Shown here: piece by piece, positions 26,483 to 34,810 of the stretch | How the letters are laid out: the number at the start of each line of letters is the position of its first letter | How positions within the stretch are numbered: position 1 is the stretch's first letter | Source of the DNA: a virus | Taxonomy: Duplodnaviria; Caudoviricetes | Virus record (IMG/VR): IMGVR_UViG_3300047457_000647 | Span: 1-36,449 of that record | Strand: one strand, 5' to 3' | Length of the DNA stretch: 36,449 bases | Notes under the pieces: model-generated | What the model was told of the DNA's origin: nothing | Databases searched by the model: none | Seen by the model: the letters and a program-made list of their open reading frames with translations, nothing else | Translations under genes and position numbers: made by a program

Positions 26483-27301
26483 ATGGAACTGCTGCACGGT
26501 GTTCCCGACAAGGAATACCACTCATGGGATCGCATGAGCGCGACCGCGCTCAAGACCCTCGACCGCTCGACCCCGCTCCACCTGCTCGCGCAGATGGAGA
26601 ACGACGAGGACACGCCTGCCCTGCGAGTCGGGCGCGCCCTGCACTCGCTCGTCCTGACGCCGGGCGTGTACGACCGTGACTTCGTGGTCGCCCCGGACAT
26701 CGACCGGCGAACCAAGGCCGGGAAGGAGGAGTGGGAGAAGTTCAAGGAGGTGGCGGAAGGCCGCACGGTGCTGACCAAGGACGAGCACAATCTCGTCGAG
26801 GAGATGCGCGGCGGGATCATGTCCTGCAACACGGCCCGCCAACTCGTCGAGGCATGCGGCAACGACGTCGAGATCAGCCTGCGCGGCGACATCGACGGCA
26901 TCCCCGCGAAGGCCCGCATCGACGGCTTCATCGAGCGCGATGGATGCCTCATCGACATCAAGACGCACGGCGGGCTGTGCTCCCCGCAGGAGTTCGCGAA
27001 GGCCGCGTACTCGTGGGGCTACTGGACGCAATTTGCCTTCTACCGCGAGATGCTTCGCCGCGCAGGCAAGGACGTCACCTCCGTGATCCTCATCGCCGTC
27101 GAGAAGTCCGCGCCGCACGGCGTCCTGTGCGCCGCCCTGCACCCGGATCACCTCGACGTCGCGACGGCGCGACTGCCCGAACTGTTTGACCTGTACCGCA
27201 AGTTCAAGGACGAACCCGGCCTCGGTTGGCCGGACACCGTGACGGAGATTCGCATGCCCGCGTGGGCTGCGAACGACATGATGGCCCCCATCGGAGACTG
27301 A
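26483..27301 (+). CDS. PD-(D/E)xK exonuclease, RecE/ExoVIII-like (DUF3799 type)
   Basis: EYH..MSATALK, GRALHSLVL.P, DRRTKAGK, KARID, IDIKT, QFAFY. Confidence 0.88.
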   Translation: MELLHGVPDKEYHSWDRMSATALKTLDRSTPLHLLAQMENDEDTPALRVGRALHSLVLTPGVYDRDFVVAPDIDRRTKAGKEEWEKFKEVAEGRTVLTKDEHNLVEEMRGGIMSCNTARQLVEACGNDVEISLRGDIDGIPAKARIDGFIERDGCLIDIKTHGGLCSPQEFAKAAYSWGYWTQFAFYREMLRRAGKDVTSVILIAVEKSAPHGVLCAALHPDHLDVATARLPELFDLYRKFKDEPGLGWPDTVTEIRMPAWAANDMMAPIGD

Positions 27302-27303
27302 AC

Positions 27304-28095
27304 ATGACGACCAAGACGGAAAACATCGGAGAACTCGCAACCGCGCTCGCCAAGGCGAACATGGAGATCCGCAACGCGGAACTCGACCGCGTGAACCCGC
27401 ACTTCAAGAACCGCTACGCCACGCTCGGGAGCATCCTGAACGCCGTGCGCGTGCCGCTCGCCAAGCACGGCCTTTCCACGGTGCAGACCGTGAAGATGGC
27501 GGACGGATGCGTGTTCGTGAGCACGACGCTCATGCACTCGTCGGGACAATGGATGGAGGAGTCGGCCGCGTTCCCGCTGCCCGACAAGTCCACGGTGCAG
27601 CAGATGGGTTCCTGCATCACCTACCTGCGCCGCTACACGCTCGCGGCGATCTGCGGCATCGTCGGTGACGAGGACGACGATGGCGAAGGCGATGCCACGC
27701 AGCGCACCGCGTCGCGCCCGGCCCCCGCCCCGTCTCGCCCTGCGCCCGCGTTGTCACGCCCGGCCCCTGCCCCGGCCGCGGAGCGCAAGCCCGCAGCGGA
27801 GGAGCCGCAGGTCGATGGCGAGTACGTCGAGATCTTCTGCAAGTACTTGGACGAGGGCGTCGGCGGAAAGAACCAGTCGCCGTACCTCAAGGTCAAGACG
27901 CCAAGCAACGAGGTCTACTTCTGCTGGAACGAGGCGCTGTTCCCGACGATCCTCTCGTGCAAGAACAAGACCATGTGGGCGATCGTCGAGGCTTCTGTCA
28001 GCCCGAACGGCGCGCCGCGCATCAAGCAGGTCCGAACGTCGCCGCCGGTCACGGTCGGCTCAGGAGACGCCGATGGCGTGGAGATTCCGTTTTGA
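27304..28095 (+). CDS. erf: ERF-family ssDNA-annealing protein with C-terminal extension
   Basis: NPHFKNRYATL, HSSGQW, GSCITYLRRYTLAAICGIVGDEDDDG. Confidence 0.9.
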   Translation: MTTKTENIGELATALAKANMEIRNAELDRVNPHFKNRYATLGSILNAVRVPLAKHGLSTVQTVKMADGCVFVSTTLMHSSGQWMEESAAFPLPDKSTVQQMGSCITYLRRYTLAAICGIVGDEDDDGEGDATQRTASRPAPAPSRPAPALSRPAPAPAAERKPAAEEPQVDGEYVEIFCKYLDEGVGGKNQSPYLKVKTPSNEVYFCWNEALFPTILSCKNKTMWAIVEASVSPNGAPRIKQVRTSPPVTVGSGDADGVEIPF

Positions 28096-28385
28096 AGCGT
28101 TGCCCAATTACGGATTTCATGCCCGTGTACGCCTACAAATTGGGCTGCCGCTGCAAGATCTGCGTCGATGCGAACACGAAGCGGTGCAAGCGGACCATCG
28201 CAAAGGGCAGGAAACTCGCGATCGTCCCGGAGACACCGGACGGCTGCAAGTTCCCGATGCACAAGCCATACACGGGCTACCAGTACGGATGCCGATGCGT
28301 TCGTTGCAGGAATGCGCAGGCATCGCAGGTTTCAGCGTTCAGGGTAAAGAGAAAGGCAAGGGATGAAGAATTCAATCGTGATTGA
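28092..28385 (+). CDS. Tandem GCRCxxC zinc-finger protein
   Basis: YKLGCRCKIC and YQYGCRCVRC; TTG start overlapping the erf stop (alternative ATG 28119). Confidence 0.7.
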   Translation: MKRCPITDFMPVYAYKLGCRCKICVDANTKRCKRTIAKGRKLAIVPETPDGCKFPMHKPYTGYQYGCRCVRCRNAQASQVSAFRVKRKARDEEFNRD

Positions 28386-28704
28386 CGGGATCGTTTCCCG
28401 CATCAGGAAGTCCACGGAGAACGAGCACTCGCTCGTCGTGGTGCTGTCGGTCGATGACGGCAAGTCGCTGCTTCGCGGCATCGACGAGACTGCCACGGCG
28501 ATCAAGGAACTGTCGGTCCTTCGGGACGCCCTGCGGATCCAGTTGTCCGCCGCGAACGCACGCATGGACGAGGCGCGCCGGGAACGGGACGAGGCGCGAA
28601 TGGAGTGCTGCGCCGCCTCCTGCGTCCTGCCCGGGTCACGCCCGGAGGACGAGGCCATGCGCCGCGGGTGGGTCGGCCTGTACCCGGAGGTCGCCAATGT
28701 TTGA
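28363..28704 (+). CDS. Hypothetical coiled-coil protein (ERDEAR..RRGW family)
   Basis: ORF track; C-terminal motif shared with 30520-30774. Confidence 0.7.
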   Translation: MKNSIVIDGIVSRIRKSTENEHSLVVVLSVDDGKSLLRGIDETATAIKELSVLRDALRIQLSAANARMDEARRERDEARMECCAASCVLPGSRPEDEAMRRGWVGLYPEVANV

Positions 28705-28981
28705 CCCGAACGACGACCACGACCACCCCCGCCACGAATGCAACTGCCTCCGAAACGAGGCACCGGAGACATGGTGCCAGTTCCACCAAGGGGTGTGGGA
28801 GCAGGAGGACGAGAAGGACCGCACGATCCGTGCGCTCGCCGACCAGTTGCGAAAGGAGCGCGAGGAGGCGACACGGCTCGCGCAGCGCAATGCCGTCCTC
28901 GTCTGCGAGATCGACGACATCAAGGACCGCATGGTACGGTTGCTGTCCAAGTTGCAGGAATACGAAGTCCGAGACCTATGA
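28697..28981 (+). CDS. Hypothetical protein, Cys/His N-terminus plus coiled coil
   Basis: SD GGAGG; MFDPNDDHDHPRHECNC..WCQFH. Confidence 0.7.
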   Translation: MFDPNDDHDHPRHECNCLRNEAPETWCQFHQGVWEQEDEKDRTIRALADQLRKEREEATRLAQRNAVLVCEIDDIKDRMVRLLSKLQEYEVRDL

Positions 28982-29565
28982 GGAAGGAACCCGAGAGTGT
29001 CATCAGAGAAATCAGGTACAGGATCAGGCAAGGGCAGACGCATCGGAGCGTTGCGGAGGCTTTTCAGGTTTCCGTATCTTTCGTCGGCAAGGTTTGGCGC
29101 GGCGAACGACGACCCGAAGTCGGTGATGAATCTCGACCTTGTGCTGACCCTTCTCTCGGAGGGAGATCGTGGAGACGCGAGTTCTGCCGCCGCTGCGGAG
29201 GAAATCTTGCGGATGCAGGCGACGATCAGGACGATGGAGAAGGAGGCGAGCGTGTCACGGAAGCGTGCCGATGCGTTGTCGGCGGAGAACGCGATCCTGA
29301 AGGAACGGATGGACTGGAAGGCGACCGGATGAAGAAGAAGATGTACGAACGCAGGCAGGCGCAGCGCGGCATTTGGGTCAGCGCGACGCTGATGGACGAG
29401 GTGGCGAAGTCGGCGAAGCAGGACGCTCGCACGCTCCGCTACCAGACCGAGAAACTCATCGCACTTGGGCTTTGCCACGACGGTCCGCTGCCGGAGGCAG
29501 CGCGCCGCAGGCTTGCCCGCATCGCCAAGGAAGGCGCATATGGGACGGGCCAAAGGGAATCCTGA
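28978..29565 (+). CDS. HTH DNA-binding protein whose frame reads through into the downstream RHH-like gene
   Basis: ATGA coupling; VIREIRYRIRQGQTHRSVAEAFQVSVSFVGKVWRG HTH; no in-frame stop until 29565. Confidence 0.6.
   Translation: MRKEPESVIREIRYRIRQGQTHRSVAEAFQVSVSFVGKVWRGERRPEVGDESRPCADPSLGGRSWRREFCRRCGGNLADAGDDQDDGEGGERVTEACRCVVGGERDPEGTDGLEGDRMKKKMYERRQAQRGIWVSATLMDEVAKSAKQDARTLRYQTEKLIALGLCHDGPLPEAARRRLARIAKEGAYGTGQRES
29126..29332 (+). CDS. Hypothetical coiled-coil protein nested in another frame
   Basis: MNLDLVLTLL..AAEEILRMQATI..AENAILKER; ATGA coupling to 29329. Confidence 0.6.
   Translation: MNLDLVLTLLSEGDRGDASSAAAAEEILRMQATIRTMEKEASVSRKRADALSAENAILKERMDWKATG
29329..29565 (+). 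CDS. Ribbon-helix-helix-like regulator (putative)
   Basis: RGIWVSATLMDEVAKSAKQDARTLRYQTEKLIALGL, an Arc-like pattern. Confidence 0.55.
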   Translation: MKKKMYERRQAQRGIWVSATLMDEVAKSAKQDARTLRYQTEKLIALGLCHDGPLPEAARRRLARIAKEGAYGTGQRES

Positions 29566-29857
29566 AGAAAGCGTGATGCTCCTCAAGAGGCTGCGCGTGG
29601 CCGCAGAAGTGCGCGAGTCCCGTGCGCACCTCGTGGCCGCCGCCCTTGACGAATGCCTGACGCTGCTGCTTCAGGCGTTGCTTCAGGCGGAGCGAACCCC
29701 AAGGGGCATGCAGTCGCGCCGGGCCAAGCGATTGCGTGCGAAGTTCCTCGTTCTCCGGCTCAACGCACTCGAAGGAAAGTCTCCATGCGATCCTTCCATG
29801 AGCAGACTGGAGGTGGAGAGTGAGGCAATGGACGGTCAAAATACGGTGGTCAAGTGA
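29540..29857 (+). CDS. Hypothetical protein
   Basis: SD AAGGAAGG before the ATG; helical. Confidence 0.6.
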   Translation: MGRAKGNPEESVMLLKRLRVAAEVRESRAHLVAAALDECLTLLLQALLQAERTPRGMQSRRAKRLRAKFLVLRLNALEGKSPCDPSMSRLEVESEAMDGQNTVVK

Positions 29858-30164
29858 GGAGAAGGCGGTCATGGATGCCGAAGGGACCATCCCCATCGAC
29901 GGGACCATGCACCCCATCCATTACGCCGAGGCGATCAGCGACACGGTGCGGATGATGTCGTCGATGGCGACCGCCCGCCTGAAGCGGGATGGCGTGAAGT
30001 ACGACTCGCGCCTGACTTCCGTGAGCGTCGAGTCCAAGGGACAGGTCCGGCGCTTCGTCATCAGCCAAGACCGCGCCATGTCCGACGAGGAGGCCAAGAA
30101 ATGGTCCGAGGAAATGCTGGATTGGATCGTGTCGGACGAGACGACGGAACTGGTGCGAGACTGA
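29820..30164 (+). CDS. Hypothetical protein
   Basis: GTG start with GGAGG; protein-like composition. Confidence 0.7.
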   Translation: MRQWTVKIRWSSEEKAVMDAEGTIPIDGTMHPIHYAEAISDTVRMMSSMATARLKRDGVKYDSRLTSVSVESKGQVRRFVISQDRAMSDEEAKKWSEEMLDWIVSDETTELVRD

Positions 30165-30523
30165 TCCTGCACCTGCCGCCGCCGAGGATGCCCGGCAGCA
30201 ACGCACGCGGCCATTGGACCGTGCGGCACCGGGCGGCGAAGCACGACCGCTATGTTGCGGCGACGGCTGCGCTCGCGGAGATGCGGAAGTCCGCATCGTG
30301 GCAGGCGATGTCGGGAGCGGCCCTGACCGTGCTATGGCGCGGCCGGGGCCGCCTCCCCGACCCGGACAACATCGGCGCACGCACCAAGGCGTACATCGAC
30401 GGCCTGACCGATGCTGGCGTGTGGTCCGACGACCGCGTGGTTCGCTCTGTCATGTTCAGCACGGAGCGCGTCAAGTCGGCGCAGGATTGCGGGATCGTGC
30501 TCACCGTGGAGAGAACGCAATGA
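30101..30523 (+). CDS. rusA: RusA-like Holliday junction resolvase (start uncertain)
   Basis: LPPP..SNAR.HW, PDPDNI...KAYIDGLTDAGVWSDD. Confidence 0.8.
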   Translation: MVRGNAGLDRVGRDDGTGARLILHLPPPRMPGSNARGHWTVRHRAAKHDRYVAATAALAEMRKSASWQAMSGAALTVLWRGRGRLPDPDNIGARTKAYIDGLTDAGVWSDDRVVRSVMFSTERVKSAQDCGIVLTVERTQ

Positions 30524-30774
30524 ACGACGAAATGGTGAAGCGACTGCGATTGTGGGCGGAGAACATGCACGGCCAGAAATCATCCGTCATCGCCGTGGTC
30601 ATGGCCGAAGCCGCCGACGAGATCGAACGGCTGCGGAAGGAACGCGACGAGGCGAGGCGAATGTGGTGCGAAGCCGCGCCTGTCGGTAACTCCCTATCCG
30701 TGGATGACATGGATCGACGCGCCCGTGCCGAAGCCAAGCGGCGCGGATGGGACTGCTTCAAGGAGAAGGCATGA
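30520..30774 (+). CDS. Hypothetical protein (AADEIERLR family)
   Basis: ATGA coupling; EAADEIERLRKERDEARR..RRGWDCF. Confidence 0.75.
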   Translation: MNDEMVKRLRLWAENMHGQKSSVIAVVMAEAADEIERLRKERDEARRMWCEAAPVGNSLSVDDMDRRARAEAKRRGWDCFKEKA

Positions 30775-30986
30775 CCGAAAAGAATGACATAGTGAACAGG
30801 CTTCGTGTGTGGTGGGATTCCATGACAGATATGGGCAATGCAGAACGTGCCGAGGCGGCCGACGAAATCGAACGGCTGCGAAAGGAACGCGACGACATGG
30901 TTATGGTCACAATTCTGTCCATGACCGACGAGCAACGCCGCCGTGTTTTCGATCGGTTCGCGCAATACAAGCGGGAGAACCCATGA
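30771..30986 (+). CDS. Hypothetical protein (AADEIERLR family)
   Basis: ATGA coupling; DIVNRLR..EAADEIERLRKERD. Confidence 0.75.
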   Translation: MTEKNDIVNRLRVWWDSMTDMGNAERAEAADEIERLRKERDDMVMVTILSMTDEQRRRVFDRFAQYKRENP

Positions 30987-31441
30987 CTTGCGAATTTCCG
31001 GCAAACACGGTTCTCGTTTCCTACAGGCGCGGATGCCGATGCCGCCGGTGTCGTGCCGGATACGCGGAGAAACACCGCGACTACAGCCAAAGGTATGTCG
31101 AACGCAACCGGGAGCGGAGGCTCGCGTCCGTTCGTGCGTGGCAGGAAAGAAATGCGGACAAGCACCGCGCCAACCGACGCAATGACCAAGCGCGTCGCCG
31201 TGCACGGATCCGTGGGTGCGAGGTCAGCGAGCGCGACCGGGACTTGGTGGCTCGGATCTACGCGCTGTGCCCCGCAGGATATGAGGTCGATCACATCGTC
31301 CCGCTGTCACGGGGAGGCGCACATTCGCCGGGAAACCTGCAATACATGAAGGCGGCGGAGAATTGGCGCAAGAGTTCGCGCACCACATGGGTCGCCAAGA
31401 ATGGCACCGTGATACCGTGGCGAAGCATCGTGAAGCGGTAA
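30983..31441 (+). CDS. HNH endonuclease with N-terminal GCRC zinc finger
   Basis: YEVDHIVPLSRGGAH..NLQ....EN..K. Confidence 0.85.
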   Translation: MTCEFPANTVLVSYRRGCRCRRCRAGYAEKHRDYSQRYVERNRERRLASVRAWQERNADKHRANRRNDQARRRARIRGCEVSERDRDLVARIYALCPAGYEVDHIVPLSRGGAHSPGNLQYMKAAENWRKSSRTTWVAKNGTVIPWRSIVKR

Positions 31442-31482
31442 GAAAATGCTGCACTTGTTCCTTACTGTGGCGGAATCGCTCC

Positions 31483-31923
31483 ATGCGACCCATCTACGAA
31501 CGCAGCCCTGACCGTGCGAACCAAGCCGATGCGGTGCGCCTGTTCTGCCGGGAGTACGGTGTGTCGCCGCACGAAACCCCGCGCCTTGCCGGGTGGGATT
31601 ACGAGGTGCGCAGGGACGGCCGCACCGTTGCCTTGGTGGAGGTGAAGTGCCGCACTTGCGTCATGCACACATACCCGACCTACATGGTCAGCCGCGCCAA
31701 GGTGGACGCGCTCCGGGCCGAGGCCCGGGCGCAGGGCATCGCGCCGATCCTGCTCGTCCGGTGGACGGACGCCGCCGGGTGGGTTCGCCTTGACCGACGC
31801 ACGGAGGAATGGTCCGATGCGGTCGGCGGGCGCACCGACCGAGCCGACCCGATGGACACCGAGCGCGTGGCGCACATCCCGATCCGCCTGTTCACCCGCC
31901 TGCGACGGACAGCAGCCGCCTAG
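31483..31923 (+). CDS. PD-(D/E)xK-family nuclease (putative)
   Basis: WDYEV....ALVEVKCR....YPTYMVS..K, GGRTDR.D..D.E. Confidence 0.65.
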   Translation: MRPIYERSPDRANQADAVRLFCREYGVSPHETPRLAGWDYEVRRDGRTVALVEVKCRTCVMHTYPTYMVSRAKVDALRAEARAQGIAPILLVRWTDAAGWVRLDRRTEEWSDAVGGRTDRADPMDTERVAHIPIRLFTRLRRTAAA

Positions 31924-32054
31924 AACGGCCCTGTCCCGGCGATAGGTTTCCGGATTACCCCAACGGGTGCGCTTGCCACGGTCGTTCCTTGCGGCCTTCT
32001 GCGTGGCACCGTGCGGGATTGGCTCACCCGCATCATCGCGCTTGCATGATACCC

Positions 32055-32087
32055 AAAAAGCACCACACCCCCGGCCGAAGCCGGGGG
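32055..32087 (-). terminator. Intrinsic terminator of the leftward early region
   Basis: Minus strand CCCCCGGC-TTCG-GCCGGGGG then TGTGGTGCTTTTT; at the convergence of the two arms. Confidence 0.65.
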
Positions 32088-32124
32088 CGCGGGGGAGAAC
32101 GCCGACCAAGGCGTTGGTTCGATG

Positions 32125-32454
32125 CTACCAAATGCGCCCGATGCCATGCCGGGGACGGCAATCGCAGGGCGGAGGTGGCGGCGGAGGCGGGGCGGACACC
32201 GGGACATAGACCACCCGTGGCTCCGGCATGGCGACGGGTGCGCCGGGCGGCGGCAGCACGAGGCCGGGCTGCACGATGGGGTTCCACGGCGGGTTTACGC
32301 CCGGGAAGTATTCCCACCCGCTCCCGACCCACATCGTGTCATGCACTTGCCATGCGCTTCCGCCGGACCAAATGGTCAGGCCGGGCGACGGAGACCACAT
32401 GACATCGGCATGGGCGGAGGCGCAAATCAGGGCGGACAGGGCGATGGTTCTCAT
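32125..32454 (-). CDS. Secreted Trp/Pro-rich protein
   Basis: Signal-peptide-like MRTIALSALICASAHA-D; poly-Pro tract. Confidence 0.65.
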   Translation of the reverse strand: MRTIALSALICASAHADVMWSPSPGLTIWSGGSAWQVHDTMWVGSGWEYFPGVNPPWNPIVQPGLVLPPPGAPVAMPEPRVVYVPVSAPPPPPPPPCDCRPRHGIGRIW

Positions 32455-32714
32455 GGGGTTCCTTCTATCGTGGTTTCGTGGTGCGTGTTCGTCTTTGGTT
32501 GGTCGCAGTCAGAGCGACCCGCCGCCATGTCGATGATCTTCTGCGCCTGTTCGATCAGCGCGTCCGCTTGCATGATGTCAGCAAAACATGGGATGCACAA
32601 GGTCGCGCTCTCTCCGGCAAGCGCAGAGGTAATGTCAACCGGAACGCGGTGCATGGCGATGAGTGTTTTCCTATTGCGGATCTCGTTGCCGCAATGATCG
32701 CAGAATATGCACAT
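32451..32714 (-). CDS. Zinc-finger hypothetical protein
   Basis: MCIFCDHC..LCIPC; leader GGAGACAACGACCATG. Confidence 0.7.
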   Translation of the reverse strand: MCIFCDHCGNEIRNRKTLIAMHRVPVDITSALAGESATLCIPCFADIMQADALIEQAQKIIDMAAGRSDCDQPKTNTHHETTIEGTP

Positions 32715-32733
32715 GGTCGTTGTCTCCTGTTTA

Positions 32734-33153
32734 TCAGCGGGTGGCGAATTCGGCACCGGAAACCGGCGTGTCGGTGTCGCCCGGCGGGACGATGTTGATG
32801 GACGCGATGATGCAGTCGTGCAATGCCCGCCCGTACTCATGCGCTGCGGCACTCGTTTCGTTGAGGAGCAGCGCGGCGACGGACTCGCGGATGGATTCGA
32901 TCATCATGTCCTGCACCGATCCGTCCAACCCTGCGGTGTCAATGATGTACGAGAAGCGGGCGATGTTCTTCACGGTCAGCACCCCGAGCGGGTCGCCGCC
33001 TTCCCGGTACTCATTCGTGTCGATCAGGACGCGGTGCGCCTGTCGCTTTGGAATTTTCGCATCCACGATGCGGATGGCACCGCCTTTGCGGATGGATACG
33101 GCGAGTTCGATTCCGGTGTCGGTGGTGAATTCGATGAGCAGGGTGTTCTTCAT
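32734..33153 (-). CDS. Hypothetical protein
   Basis: Conserved leader GGAGAACACGACCATG. Confidence 0.8.
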   Translation of the reverse strand: MKNTLLIEFTTDTGIELAVSIRKGGAIRIVDAKIPKRQAHRVLIDTNEYREGGDPLGVLTVKNIARFSYIIDTAGLDGSVQDMMIESIRESVAALLLNETSAAAHEYGRALHDCIIASINIVPPGDTDTPVSGAEFATR

Positions 33154-33182
33154 GGTCGTGTTCTCCGTGTTGGTGGTGGTGG

Positions 33183-33530
33183 TTAGTTGTTGCCGTGTCT
33201 TGGGCAGTCAGAGTCACCGCACAACGACTCGCCCGGGTCTAGTTCGCGACCACAATGCGGGCAGTCACAATCGGCGGGAGGCATGGCGTCGATGATCCGC
33301 TCCTCAAGCAATGAATCCTCGTCGGCGCGACACATCGAAAACATGACGGCTCTCATCGCTTCGTCAATCGTGTTGTCCGATGGCTCCGCACAATCCTCGC
33401 CGGGATGATCGTCGGCAAGCCTTTGCTTCAGGTCGTTGGCAGTCACGCACAAAATCAGTACGGGTTCATCGGGATGGCAGCACTTGCGAAGGTCGTTGAT
33501 GATGTTGCGGGCGGTGTCTTTGCGAATCAT
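33183..33530 (-). CDS. Acidic hypothetical protein with C-terminal Cys cluster
   Basis: Conserved leader; CDCPHCG..C...CP.H. Confidence 0.8.
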   Translation of the reverse strand: MIRKDTARNIINDLRKCCHPDEPVLILCVTANDLKQRLADDHPGEDCAEPSDNTIDEAMRAVMFSMCRADEDSLLEERIIDAMPPADCDCPHCGRELDPGESLCGDSDCPRHGNN

Positions 33531-33564
33531 GGTCGTGTTCTCCGGGTAGGTGGTGCGTTGTCGG

Positions 33565-33771
33565 TCAGTCAGTCAGGTCATCGTTGCGCCAAATGCGTCC
33601 GCCGTACTTTGTCTGCATCCGCACGGCGCGCTCGTGGGTGATGCCGCACTCACGCCACATCGGGAAGCCGGGGCGGTAGGCGTTCGTGTCCGGCGACCAA
33701 TTCCATGATCGGTCGGAGCCGAGCATTGCGTCGGCGATGAAGCGGATGGCGTGAAGTTGCGCGTCGTTCAT
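33565..33771 (-). CDS. Hypothetical protein
   Basis: Conserved leader, directly downstream of a promoter. Confidence 0.8.
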   Translation of the reverse strand: MNDAQLHAIRFIADAMLGSDRSWNWSPDTNAYRPGFPMWRECGITHERAVRMQTKYGGRIWRNDDLTD

Positions 33772-33811
33772 GGTCGTGTTCTCCTTTGCCGGATACCCGG
33801 CGATTGTGTGT

Positions 33812-33839
33812 AGTGTATCACGAAACGGAACGGTGTCAA
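33812..33839 (-). promoter_or_regulatory. Early sigma70-type promoter, extended -10
   Basis: TTGACA-N16-TACACT with TGn. Confidence 0.75.
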
Positions 33840-34051
33840 TCGCAAATAGGGCAGAGAGTGATGGCGATGAGGTCGGAGCGGTCGCGCCAGAGGTCGGTCA
33901 GCACGGCACGGGCGGTCATTGCATCCTGCGCGGCCACGTTGTACGCCTGATGGTCGTAAGGGTCGGTCGGGTCGTACGGGCATGACCGGACGGTGACGAT
34001 GAACTCGTACACGATGGTCTGCTCGGGCCGTGGGTTGGCTTTGCGCGGCAT
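33836..34051 (-). CDS. Hypothetical protein
   Basis: MPRKANPRPEQTIVYEF; SD AAGGAGG; TGATG coupling. Confidence 0.7.
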   Translation of the reverse strand: MPRKANPRPEQTIVYEFIVTVRSCPYDPTDPYDHQAYNVAAQDAMTARAVLTDLWRDRSDLIAITLCPICD

Positions 34052-34419
34052 CACTTGCCCTCCTTCGCCGTGCCGCAGCACTCCGTTGCGGTGATCGCCT
34101 TCCACGCACCGATCAGTTGCGCGGACGCATGGTTGCGGAAACGGCTTGCTTCCGCGACCGCGAGGCTCGGATCGACGGCGTTGCCGATTGACCACCCGCC
34201 GATGTGCTCCGCATGGACGAGCGCGGCGTGGTAGTGGACGGCCATCGCGTAGTCCTCCGCGCGGGCGACGAACGCGGACGCATCGGAATCAAAAAACAGG
34301 GGAAGCATATCCCGGATGGCGTAGGCGGTCTCGCGGGCGAGTTGCCCGCACCCGCGCATATCGGCGGCGTTCTTGCCGATCTCGGAAAACACGGAAAGCA
34401 GTCGGTCGGTGTTCATCAT
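34051..34419 (-). CDS. Hypothetical protein
   Basis: SD GAGGAG; helical. Confidence 0.75.
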   Translation of the reverse strand: MMNTDRLLSVFSEIGKNAADMRGCGQLARETAYAIRDMLPLFFDSDASAFVARAEDYAMAVHYHAALVHAEHIGGWSIGNAVDPSLAVAEASRFRNHASAQLIGAWKAITATECCGTAKEGK

Positions 34420-34470
34420 GTCAGAATCTCCTCGTGGTTGTGGCGTGTCACGAAACGGAACGGTGTCAAG

Positions 34471-34776
34471 TCAGTCGATGGCGGGCGCGGTCGCCGCGCC
34501 GAACACTTCGACATGGCGGTCGTGCATGGCGGTCGCGTACCCCTTGCGGTAGGCGTAGATGAGGTCGTAGAGCGCGGGCTTGCTCACATACCCGGAGGTG
34601 ACGGACTCGCACCCGCGCCCGTTCAGGGCGTTGCGCTGAAGTTGCCATCCGCCGTACGCCCCTTGCAGGAAGTACGCGCCGGGCGCGTTGTGCGCGGGCT
34701 TCGGTTCCCCGTGCACGATCTCGTTGAGGCGGGCGACGGCGGCGTACAGGTCGGACTCGGTGATTCGTGAGGGCAT
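34471..34776 (-). CDS. Conserved phage hypothetical protein
   Basis: Conserved leader; LYAAVARLN..YFLQGAYGGWQLQR..SGYVSK. Confidence 0.8.
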   Translation of the reverse strand: MPSRITESDLYAAVARLNEIVHGEPKPAHNAPGAYFLQGAYGGWQLQRNALNGRGCESVTSGYVSKPALYDLIYAYRKGYATAMHDRHVEVFGAATAPAID

Positions 34777-34810
34777 GGTCGGTTCTCCGTTGGTGGTGGT
34801 GCTTCGCGGG

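Larger units (their letters stand above)
33818..34469. repeat. 22-bp direct repeat TCACGAAACGGAACGGTGTCAA (33818-33839 and 34448-34469)
   Basis: Exact match covering the -35 box and spacer. Confidence 0.9.
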
